From contig JBHGNT010000002.1 in NCBI GenBank assembly GCA_043228905.1, positions 3,100,001 to 3,164,000 of the forward strand: a DNA stretch of 64,000 nucleotides. Direction: 5' to 3'. The translations under genes and the position numbers were made by a program. This DNA is from Azolla caroliniana (Eukaryota > Plantae > Polypodiophyta). The notes beneath the pieces are model-generated. The model had not been told where the DNA came from, did not search any database, and saw only the letters and a program-made list of their open reading frames with translations. Positions 49,501-60,931 of this stretch are shown one piece after another (within the stretch, counting starts at the first letter, position 1; each line of letters begins with the position of its first letter).

Positions 49501-51814
49501 CAGCTTCTTGCCGGATTCCCTTTCCACTCTCGTGTGGAGTTCTTTGAAGACGCACAACACTTGGTCCTTTGTCTTCAACGGTGCCGTCCACAGCTTCCGG
49601 CTGTGATCATCAATGAATGTTACGAAGTACTGGGCTCCGCCATGTGACTTCGTTTCTACTTGACACACATCAGTGTGCACCAACTCCAATGGTGCGCTAC
49701 GTCTCGTCGGTGGCCTTGAGTGGAAGGAGGTTTGGTTCTGCTTACCGGCCAGGCAATCGGTGCACTTCTCCAGGTGCACATGCTTCACTGGAATAAGGTT
49801 GTCTTCTGCAAGCCTCTTCATCCCCTTCTCACTCATGTGGCACAGTCTCTTGTGCCACAGCTCACCGGCAGTGTCAGCTGCCACGTTCAGCTCCTCCGAA
49901 CATAGCCGGGAATTCATCAGGTACAGTGTGTTGACCTTCCGGGCCCGAGCCACTATCAGGCTCCCTTTGCCGAACATCATGACACCGTTCCGGATGCTAC
50001 CCGTGTAGCCTTCATCGTCTAGCCTCCCGGCCGAAATCAGGTTCAATCGAACCTCCGGAACGTGTCGAACATCCTTCAGCAGCATCTTGCATCCGGTTGA
50101 TGTCATTAGCCACACGTCTCCTATGCCGGCAATCCGGCATGTACCTTCATTTCCCATCCGGACACAGCCGTGCTCACCGGCTGTGTAGGATGAGAAGTAT
50201 TTCTTCTCCGGGGTCAGGTGGAACGACGCTCCGGAATCGACCACCCAGGTCATCTCTTCACCGGCAAGGTTCAGCTCCCTCTCTTCAGTAATGAGCATTA
50301 TCTCTTCTTCACTTGCCGCGAGTGCCGTCGTTCCTTTCCGGTCCTGCCCTCGCCGATCCGGACCTCTCCGGTCCGTGGCTCCCCGGTATGCACCGTTTCT
50401 CTCCGGTGACTTCTTCGAATCGGTGTCGTTGGCTCCGTTGTCCTTTCGGTAATGCCGACAATTCTTCCGGAAGTGCCCCGGCTTCCCACAGTGGAAGCAT
50501 GTGGGTCTTCCTCTTGACTGCGACCGGGTCCCCGACTTCTCCCGTCTTTGCGGACTCCGGTTCCATTGTCTTCCCCGTTCCGATTCGGTAAGCAGCGCCT
50601 TCGAGTCGGAGGCCGGTTCTTTATCTCTCTGACGCGCTTCTTCGTTCAAAATACTTGTCTTTACCGTTTGTAGGGACAAGTTATCTTCCGTGCAGGAGGT
50701 GCTGAGAGTCACCACCAAGTTCTCCCAGCTTTCCGGCAATGTACACATCAGAATGATGGCTTGCATTGCATCCTCCAGCGGGAACTTGATCGCCGCAAGC
50801 TGGTTCACGAATCCCATGAACGTGCTTACGTGTTCCACCATACTCTCGCCGTCCCGGTACTTGAGGTTCACTATCTTCCTCATCAGGGAGGTCCGGTTCA
50901 ACGCATTCTTCCTCTCGTAGAGGCCCGACAGCTTCCGCCACATCTCATATGCGTTGATGTCGTTCGCCACATGTTGTAGAACGCTCACGTCGACGTATTG
51001 CCGAATGGTTGCAACGGCTTTCCGGTTCAGAAGCCTCCATTCCGACTCAAGTACCCCCTTCGGTATTTCTGACCTGTCAATCGGTTCGTACAGGTCCCGA
51101 ACAATCAGAAGATCCTCCATCTTGATCTTCCAGTCGGCGTAATTCTGCGCATTTAGCACCATCATCCCCGGCTGCCCGCTGCCGCCACCTTCCATTTTCT
51201 GCAGCAGCTCGCTCTGATACCAAATTGATGGAAATAATCGACACTTTCCAAACTTCACCTCTCGGCCACAACCAAGGAAACACACGAATCGTTGTTGCAG
51301 AAAATGGGTAATGCAAAAGTAAATAAGTGGACACACGATTTAACGTGGAAAACCCTGTACGGGAAAAAACCACGGGAGTACAAGACTCCGAACCAAAACT
51401 ATGCACAGAGAAATATACAATGGCGAGCTGCAAGGCGACGACCTTGAGCTCGCTGTCCTCGCCACAGGCGGCGGAATTACACAGAGGCGTCGACCTCTTC
51501 GTCTCTCACGGCTGCTCTCTCTTCACTCCTCTTGAGTGGAAAAACAGAAAAATGAGTAGCAACATTAAAACTGTTTGCCCTAAGTCATATTTATACACAT
51601 ATGACTTTAGGGCTATTTACAACTATAGCCTCAAGGGCCCTTGGCAAACATATTCACAGATATGTCCCCGCATCCGGATCTCTCTCCGGGTACATTCGTC
51701 GTCCGGCTCCGAAGTCGGGGTCTTCATCATCCGGTTCCGAAACCGCAACCGGGCTTGTCGTCATTCATCTCCGGACATCCGACCATCCCATCCGGAGGGA
51801 CCGTAATCCCAACA
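46507..51814 (-). mobile_element. Young full-length Ty1/copia (Tnt1/Tork-like): LTRs 46507-47111 and 51226-51814, iMet PBS 51211-51222, PPT ~47113-47123, TSD GAATG
   Basis: LTRs differ by ~5 transitions and one 16-bp indel. GAATG at 46502-46506 and 51815-51819. Confidence 0.97.
47122..51195 (-). pseudogene. gag-pol: copia gag-pol polyprotein with one in-frame stop at 48226-48228
   Basis: CFHCGKPGHFRKNC; WVVDSGASFH; LWHKRLCH; LELVHTDV; QMDVKTAFLHG; SLYGLK*APRQW; LLYVDD; RTKHI. Both ORF pieces are in the same frame. Confidence 0.95.
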
Positions 51815-54800
51815 GAATGTAATCGTGAAAGGGAAGACATTGGAAGCTTTAAGAGGTTTAAGGGAATTGAAGAAATTAATGAGAAAAATTTAACATAGGC
51901 CGAAATAATACATGTAGATGAAGTTGACAAGGATCACTGTAATTGGGATAATTTATGGGGAATTGCTAATACCTTATTTTCGGATATTGTGGAAGAAAAT
52001 GAAAATGCAGCGAAAGAAGGCATTAAAGAGGATGTGCATGATGTGGAAGTTGATGCTAAGGCAGTTTTGCAATCATTTGATGTATTCTATGATTGTGCTG
52101 TTATATTATTTTTTACCGGCAAACTCCCATATGTTAATTGGATTAAACAATGGTTGAACACAATCGTGTCACCAAATTGTGTTGAAAATATATATGCGGG
52201 ACCACGAGGGTTTTATGATGTGGTATTTCGTTCACCGGAGCATCAAAGTGCATTGTTGGATAAAGTTCCTGTGTTTTTTGATAAACGAATGGTGCATGTT
52301 ATGCAATGGTCCCCCGTAGCGGACTATCATGCTTTGTTAAAATAAGAATGTCCTGTTTGGGTTATAGTGCATGCTTTTTTATGGCCACTTTTACCAGAGT
52401 TGATGAGTCAAATGGGTAAAGTGTTGGTATCTCCACATGCAAATGCTACAAATAAGTGCAGATTTTGTGTGTTATGGGATACAAGTCACAAGAGGCCAAG
52501 ATGGGTGCATATGAATGCTCCTGGTATGAGAAGTCTTTGTTTTAAACTGAAGTGAGAGACATTTGCAAGTCATTGTTTTAGATGTGGTGAATGGGGCCAC
52601 TTTATGGCGGAATGCCACGATCATTGTCCTTCAACTACAGAGGTTCCTATTGAAGGGAACAATAAGGAAGGAGTTGGGAGAGATGTTGGTGTGTCAGATT
52701 TTGTGGATGAAGGAACATCACCTAGAGCAGGTTATAAAGAGGTCTCACTTCAAGGTTTGGGCCCTAAGAATAAGGGAATTGAATCTATGAATATGGAAAA
52801 ACAAAGTTTAGTGGTTAAAGATAAGGGGGGAAAACCGTTGGATAGAGCTAGTAGTGATGTTGTTGACAAAGATTGGCATGAGGTTAAGGGCAAGTCGAAA
52901 GGGAAATCAATGAATATGCAACGTAGTAGCTTGCCCACTACTCGTGTGACTACTTGGCAAGGTAATTCAGGAACTAGGGAGGGCCCTCGAAAAATTCCTT
53001 GGCAACGACAATCTAGGGATAAGGGATTACCCCTTCATCTTCAATTTAATTCATTAGGATGAGTTGTAAATTCATCGAATTCTCGAGGTTTTCGTCAAGC
53101 AGGAGGACCTAAAAAGAATATTTCGATAGACAACCCTAAGGATGTGTTGCATGAAAATCCATATGCAGCATTAGAGCATGCTTTGACTAGTTTCATGACA
53201 TCGGTTGCTCTAAAGGAGCAAGTGCTCCCATAACATTGTTGATTGAATGAAAGTAGTAACATGGAATGTGAGAGGGGGTTTTACCTTCCAATCTGCTCAA
53301 CATAGACAAACATGGAGTCGGTTAGATAGAATGTATGTGATGCATGATGATTCTTTTTTACTGACATCACTTCGTATGAACATTCTACAAGATGTTGGAA
53401 CTTCAGATCACTTTCCTATTTGCTTGGAGGTGTGTAATCATGCAATTGATATGTATAAATCTTTACTTGGAAAGCCTCCACTACGCTTTAACTCTTCTCT
53501 TTTACTTCAACCTCACTTGGATTCTCTCATGGAGCAAATTTTGGTAAATTTTTCTCAATAAGTGAATCTTAAAGGAGTTAAAGCATGGGATATCACATTA
53601 ACATCATTCATCGTATGTATGGAGTAACCAATGCTCAACGAAGAAGAGGTCTTATTCGACAATTCTCACAAGTTCTCTCTAGGTGTAATGCATTATTGAT
53701 ACATCACCATTAGATGAGGAGCTTTTGGATATTCAAAGTCAATTGCATGTTATTATTTCTCAGTTGCAATGCCAAAGTTATCGTTATGCTAAGATGCGAC
53801 AACTCAGGGAAGGACTCATTGATAATCAATGTCAATCTCATTTGTTTTTCCAAGCATTACATCCTACTTATGCTCGATCTAATGTGGTACATGTGAAGCA
53901 AGGGGATGAATTGATAGTGGATCCTACAACAATAATTGACATATGTCTTCATTACTTTAAGGAGTTGATTGGTCCACAATTGTTAATGACAGATGAGGTG
54001 AGTAGAGCACGTCATGAGTTTTATGATGTGGTTGGATGTATTGTGCATGATCTCATTAGTCATGAATTGGATGCGGATTTCACTGAGGATGAGGTGGATG
54101 TAGTTTTAAGGCATCTTCCTAGTGGTAAGAGCCCTGGTTGGGATGGCTTGACAAATGAAATTTTTAAGAGATATTCCAACATTTTAAAGGGGCCCTTGAC
54201 GTTGATGTTTCAACAGTCTTGTTATTCTGGTTGTATGCCTCAAGCTTGGAAGATTGGTCTAATTAAACTAGTTCCAACGGTGGCATCTCCTGAGTCATTT
54301 CATCAATGGAGACCTATTTCTTTGATAGGGGGGTTGTACAAGATATTTACGAAGGTCTTGGCAAATAGATTACAAAAGTATTTGCCAAAGTTGATACACC
54401 CCGCCCAATATGGTTTTATTGCAGGTAGAAATATATTGCATAATGTGTTGAATGTTCAAATGGCCATGGACTATGCTCGGAACACTCATCAAGAATTGAT
54501 TATGGTGCAATTAGATTTGGAGAAAGTTTATGATCATGTTAAATGGTCTTTTGTTTCTGGGTTAATGCATACAATGGGCTTTGGACCTCGTATGTCTCGC
54601 CTCATATTTTTAGTAGGACAAGATGCAGTGTCTCGAGTAATGCTTGATGGGGGAGTTACATCAGATATTTCCCTCACAAGATCTGTTCATCAAGGATGCC
54701 CTCTTAGCCCATTTACGTTTGCTATTGTTACTCATCCTTTGTTAGTGATGCTATCAAGACTTGCAATAAATGGTGACATTGTGGGTTTACACCTTCCGTT

Positions 54801-57800
54801 CGGAGGGCAAATAGTAGCACAAGCTTTGGCGGATGATTCTTTCATGTTTTTACAAGCCTCACAGGAGAATCTTGAGAAGGGGGTGCTTGTATGGAATCAG
54901 TTTGCATTGGCTTCCGGATTACATATTAATTAGACGAAGTCTAGTCTCATATCATGCACTGAAAGGGATTTGGAATGTTTAGGATGGCAAGGATCCGTGG
55001 TGAAGAAAGGCTCTATTTTTCGACACTTGGGCTATCCATTAGGAATGAATGTTACAAATGGTCAATTGATTGAATGGATGTCTAGTAAGTTGAGGGATAA
55101 GTTCATCTATTGGAAGTAACAATCTTGGTCATTTCATGTTCGCTTGAACGTTGTACAATGTATTATGGAACCCATGATATTATATTACTTGCCATTATTG
55201 CCATGCACAAAGAAGGCGTTGAATTCTGTTTTGCAACCTCTTCGATATTTGTTGTGGAAGAAGAGGGATAAGATGGGAATCACATGGATTGCTTGGAATC
55301 ATCTAGCAACCCCTAAGCGATTGGAGGGGGTTGGAATATTGAACTTATCCATGCATATGATGGCTCGTAGAACTCACAACCATGGATATCTATTGTTCAA
55401 TATTTCATTGAGAACAAGGGTTTAACACATGGGAAGACAACGATTAAGGCTTCATGGTGGCAATTACTGAATGGATGTATTTCACTTAGGATTCTGGGTT
55501 CTTCATGTGTTCAACACTCTTGTTATGTGTATGGAAACCATCATCTAGTAGAGAGCATTGTAACTCTTTGCAAAAAGAGTTACTTGTGTCTTCTCGGTTA
55601 TTATGTTGGCTAGGAAATGAGAGATTGCATTCTCAATTTAATCGTTTGTTTCATTTGGGGGTCAAAGAGGTGGGAGATATAGTTGAGGTTCCATCTCAAA
55701 GAATTTTGGAGTTTACTGAAGCACGACAATTATCACGCATCCCGCCTAATTATGGGTTTATTTGGCAACAACTATAGAATATTGCATTGATGCAAAGTCC
55801 CTTACCTCTACAAACAGGAGAACAACCGTGGATTGATTGGAGTTTGAGGGGTCAAACACCATTGTTACAAGTGACTACTAATCTTTTGTATCATTGTTCT
55901 GTTGTCGCGTTGTTACGCGCGTGCATGTAGAAAGAGGCGGGACCACGGGGGTCTTGGACCAAGGAGAGAGATATGGAGAGAGAGAGAGAGAGAGATGCAG
56001 ATACACAGAAAGAGGTTAAGAGCAAGAAAACAAGAATCCAATTACTAAAATTAATAGCTTACAACTCGAACAGTTACAACCGGCAACCCGGTAATGGGCC
56101 CGACACAGGGTCCTACTCACGCACACAGATGACTGCCACACAACTCCAGGAACCAAAAGGGGGAGAGCCTCTGCTTGAAGCACACGGGCTATCAACGAAG
56201 CAGATGCAGCGAACTCCCAACACCCATAGAGACCGATGACTAGAGGAGGAGAAGAGAGAGCTCGACATTTGGTTCTACAACAACACTTCCTCCTCGCTAA
56301 CGTGCGATGCCCTTTCCTCCTTCTCTCCTCTCCTTAAATAGTTCCCCCAAAAGGGGGGGGGATGCCTCTTTCCCTAGTTAAACCACTTTATTCCCTGTCC
56401 CTTTCGACAAAGATATGCACAATCCCTTAATAAATGTGTACTACTTAGTATTTACATCAGCCGATCCATTTATGAATCATGTACAAAATATCAAATCATG
56501 CGCCCATCCGTGTAAGAGCCACTTCATGCACCTTTTTCTCCGATTCCGCCTATGCCCGGTTTTCTTCACGACATCCACCCCCACCAAACCGCGCATCCAC
56601 CGGCATGCGCCAGAGACGAGTAGATACCGAAGAAAACCGGCTTCACTCGTCGTTCTCTGATTCTCCACCGGGCCCAAACTGATCGTCGTTGTCGCTCCCG
56701 CTCGCAGGCTCCGGCTCGTCTTCGAACCGCTTCTTTTGAACGCTTTGATCCGCTTCCTGGCCACCGGCACCGCTAACTGTGTCACGTCGAGCTCCGCAAG
56801 GTGGTACGTGCCATTGTCGCGTTATTATGCGTGTGCGTGTAAAAGGGCGGGACCACGGGGGTCTCGGACTAGGGAAGCAAGGAAGCCGAGAAGACGATTC
56901 TGGGCGCGTTCCGGAAGCAATCGAACGGGAGAGAGAAAGAGAGAGAGCGCGCGCTTGACCCCGACTCACCCCACACACACACACACTACGCCGACCCAAC
57001 TCACGCCCTTATGTACAGAAACGGAGGCAAGAGAACACCAAAACACCCGCGCAAACACCGGACCCCAACAGAGACATGAATATGCACAGTCAGACACAAA
57101 TGTATATATATAAATGGAAGAATACAATCCTGGCTTCGTGTTGAACCAAGGTAGGTTACAGCAGTCGTGGGCTGCCAAGCCACCGGTCGGGGAGCTCTCA
57201 GGCTTGTCACACCGAGCGGGGTCTTGCGCAGGCGACGAGCTGAGGCAAACCCTACACGAACACCAAGGGGGAAGAAGAAGAAGAAAAAGAAGAAAAAGAA
57301 GAAGAGGAAGAAGAAATGTAACTAACCCTAAACTAACGGTATACCCTCTAACGCAAAAATGGGCAACCCTTCTACAAGGGACCATCCCTTCCTTTTATAG
57401 AACAAGGAGAGGGATGCGTTACAATGTGGGATTAATCCCGATTTACATGGGATTCTTCGTCCCGACTTAACTCCTATTATTCACACAATTATACGAGGGT
57501 GAGTGCACATGGTGCACCCCGCTGATGTAGCCAATATTTCCCGGTTTTCACCTCTGGCCGAAATTCTTCACGACATCCGCCCCCACCTAACCGCACGTCC
57601 ACCGGTTCGTGCCAAATCTAGTGAAGGGTGATTTCGGCTGGTGAGAAACCGGTCTTCCGTAATCCGCATCCCAACTCGCTGCTGGTTTGAACCGTCGATT
57701 TCGGTTCTTCCTTCGCGCTTACCTCCCCGGAGGCTCGTCTGACCCGTTGATGGGTCCTTTGCCGCGATCTCCGTAGTACGCGTACTTTTGCTGGCCCTTG

Positions 57801-59596
57801 TTTGGCTGTATGTACGCTCTGCTCTCCATCGTACGCCCGATGTCCTCGGCTTGAGGAACGCCCGTAGTGGCCCGTTTGGCCTTTTCCATCTTGCGTTGCT
57901 GCAATAGGTCTTGAGTGTTCCGCTTCCTTTGTTCGGCACCCTGTAGTCATGCTTCGATCCGGCCTGCGATGACCACTTGCGAAACTCTTGTTCCGTCCCA
58001 GGTGTGCCTTTCCGGCCTGATACACCTCCCTGTGTTTGCCCCTACCGGCTCGTTCCGAAATCGCAACCGGGTGGTGAGGATTTTGCACTTCGATCGCCCC
58101 GTCTTACTGACCTTTGTCAATGTCGGGTCCCGTTCCTTGCCACTACCTTCCTTCTCCCTCGGTCTTACATTGCCACGTTGGCTGAACAACCGGAGTCTCC
58201 GGAACCGGTGTGAAGATCCCATAGGACCGGTCTTCATTTCGTTGCTTACCGAAATTCGGGTCTTTTGTTCGAGTCCCTCTCGGACTCTCCTCGTGTCTTC
58301 CGCGTAGTCGAGTCCCGTTTCCTGCCGCCATTAGCCTTCTCTCGAGGTCTCACGTTGCCACGCTGGCCGAGCTGCCGGAGTTTCCGGTCTGGTTTGGGAA
58401 TCCCGTAGGACCGGACTTCCTTATGCCCGTGACCTTGCCGGTAGGTCTGATTTGGTTAGTAGCCGTTTTCGCCGGCCTGGTACCTTCTTTCTCTGCTTCC
58501 GTCATACGATCACGTTCAGGTGCCGCCACCGATCTCTCCTATAGGACTCATGCCTGCACTTGGGCCGACAACCGGATCGGTGTGAGGATCTCCGTAGACC
58601 GCCCGTTCGTAGTTCTTTGCCTTCGTCACCTCGCCGCCACTGTCAGTATCTTGGTCTTACGTCGACCGCGTCACCGGCTGCCGAAGTCTCTAGAACCGGT
58701 GTGAAGGATCCTCCTTGGGCCTTCGATTTATCTTCCTGACCCTGTCCTGGGTCGTCCCTTTCCGCATGCCGAGAGGGTGGCTCGCTCCACACCCTCTCCC
58801 GTGGTACCGACGTACCGTGTCCTCGGCCTCTTCGTAGGCCTACTCTCTTCCTCCCACCCGGAATGGTTATCTGGGAGTCCGCTCCGCCCGGTTCTTGTCC
58901 GGGTCCGTTCGTCAATCTCCGGTGTGCCAGGTCCCGTTATCCTGTCGCCACCGACCTCTCCTACAAGACTCACGCCCGCACTCGGGCCGACAGCCGGATC
59001 GGTGTGAAGATATCATGGGACCGATCTTCGTTCTCCTCTTCATTTTCCGTAGTTCTCCCTAACTTGTCGTCGCTCTCCTCGCTGCGTTCCCGCCTCAACC
59101 TTCCATCTCTTTCGGTCTTACGTTGCCACTTCGGGCGAATAGCCGCAGTCTTCGGATAGGATGTGGCGTAACCGATTTCATAACGTCTTTCGACGACTCA
59201 TCCGGGCCACTGCCCCTTTTATTGGTGTCGGTGGATAGCATCCGCTCTGTGATCAATCAAGCCCCGCCTTGGTTTGATTCTCCAATGTCCGGAGTTTCGG
59301 CTCCAATGCCGACCTTGCCAGACTCGCTCCAAACCTTTGATCACCTTCTTCCAATTCCCGACCTTCGCCCGGTCGGTCTTTCTCCCCATGTAAAAGAGGG
59401 TGGCTCATCCCGCACCATCTCTCGTATTGGCACCTTCATGCCGAATCCGGCCCCGATCGAACAATCCACGACCCGATTACATCCCACCCGCATCGGAGCG
59501 TCGCGTCGCGCAGTTCAGTGCCCGGTCGGGTCGTCCCTTGGTCTCTTCGTCGACCTTTTCGCGGGCCATCTCCCATCCATCTTCGCTAGCATCGTG

Positions 59597-60898
59597 TCAG
59601 GACTCCTCGATACCGTCATCCATCTCCTCGGTCTCACTTGGGCTTAAAGGCTCGAGCGCCGAGTTCTCCGGAAACGGGTTCGAGGGCTTTCGTCCGCTCC
59701 TTCCCCGTATCGTCTCGTCGGTGATTCTTGGTCTCTCGCGGCTGCCTTCCTCCTCTTGGGACTCACGTGGGCACTCGGACTTGACCGCCGTCTTCTCGGG
59801 AGCAAGTGTGGGAAGACGCAAGGAATTGCTCGTCCGTTTTACGCCCTTGTCCGTAGCCACCGGCTCTTCGTGGTCGGCGGTCGTCTCCTTACCAATCGCG
59901 CATGCCCTGTCTGGGCTTGCTTCTCCAATGACCGGGGTTTCGGGCTGACACGCCCGACACCACTGGTTCCAATGTTCCGATCCCGCGATCGGTATCTCGG
60001 CCTCCTCCTTGGTCGTTCTAGCTCCGCAAGTTGAGAGGGCGTTTTGTTCTGCACCCCCTCTCGTGGTACCGTGGTACCGATCTTCTGTCATCGCGTGGGG
60101 CAGGTCCATCTCCTTAGTCTCAACTTGCGGCCTCGATCTTTCCTCTTCCTTGAGCATCGCCTCGAGAGCTACGTACACCTCCGCAATCCTGGCGCCAACG
60201 CCGACCCTTGCCGACTCTCTTTGTTGTTCGGCCTCTTCCCACTGTGATGGCATGTCGTCGCGCGCCTTCCTCTTAGCCTTCTCAGCTCGCTCATCGTCTA
60301 GCCATTGGCACACCCTTCCGACCTTCGACCAGTCCTCCGTAAGCCCATTCGCTCCATCATCGTTATCGAGCTCAATCCCAATGGCCTCCCATTCCACTCG
60401 GTCGATCGATCTGACGAACAATAGGACTTTGTCCGCCCCCACCAAACCTTGTTCCCGCTCCGGGAGCCGAGCAAGTCGTCGCTCGAACTCTCGGAATGCC
60501 TTCATCGCGCCCCGGTGGGTCTTTGCCGATGCTACCCACTGGTCGAAGTCGTGTCGTCCCCGGCTCTTCCGCCGTCCTCCATATGCCTGCAGGAGCACCT
60601 CTTCAAAGGCCTCCCACGAACTATGAGCTTGTCGGAGCTCCTTCACTTCCGCGTGCATACGGACGGCGACAACCCGACAGAAGAACTCCAGCCTCAACGC
60701 TTTGTGCACGTCTCGCTCCTCCATTTCCGCGTTGTAGGCTTCCAAGTAAGATGGGACTTTGTTCCCGTTGAAACGGTTGACTCTTTCGACCACTCGCTCA
60801 ACCACTTGTTGCGTTGCTTCCCGCCTCATCACCACTCGTGCCGACTCCAACACCACTTCGACCACCATCACCGCGAGTTCGTCGTCTTTCGACTCCAT
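59597..60898 (-). CDS. gag: Gag-like protein of A6 (433 aa; capsid-like N-half, acidic low-complexity tail, no CCHC knuckle)
   Basis: Open ORF starting just after the PBS. Aligns by eye with C1 gag (RFNGNKVPSYLEAYNAEM vs QFDGRNITKFLDAYKREM; QGLVGADKVL vs QVLLEEDKTL). Confidence 0.8.
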   Translation of the reverse strand: MESKDDELAVMVVEVVLESARVVMRREATQQVVERVVERVNRFNGNKVPSYLEAYNAEMEERDVHKALRLEFFCRVVAVRMHAEVKELRQAHSSWEAFEEVLLQAYGGRRKSRGRHDFDQWVASAKTHRGAMKAFREFERRLARLPEREQGLVGADKVLLFVRSIDRVEWEAIGIELDNDDGANGLTEDWSKVGRVCQWLDDERAEKAKRKARDDMPSQWEEAEQQRESARVGVGARIAEVYVALEAMLKEEERSRPQVETKEMDLPHAMTEDRYHGTTRGGAEQNALSTCGARTTKEEAEIPIAGSEHWNQWCRACQPETPVIGEASPDRACAIGKETTADHEEPVATDKGVKRTSNSLRLPTLAPEKTAVKSECPRESQEEEGSRERPRITDETIRGRSGRKPSNPFPENSALEPLSPSETEEMDDGIEES

Positions 60899-60914
60899 CC
60901 TCCCTTGCCGCCTT

Positions 60915-60931
60915 TCACGTCGGGTTCACCA
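60915..60931 (-). promoter_or_regulatory. tRNA-Trp primer binding site
   Basis: Complement TCACGTCGGGTTCACCA matches the plant tRNA-Trp(CCA) 3' end as recalled. Conserved in A1, A3, A4 and A5. Confidence 0.85.

Larger units (their letters stand above)
46084..55902 (+). mobile_element. Decayed L1 LINE, split by the copia (46507-51814) and interrupted by C2; ORF1 remnant to ~53232, ORF2 53247-55902 with most of the endonuclease deleted
   Basis: ORF1 is homologous to 39570-40916 (CFRCGEWGHFMAEC). MKVVTWNVRG is fused to FTFQSAQH. RT: KSPGWDG, QGCPLSP, LADD. Confidence 0.85.
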
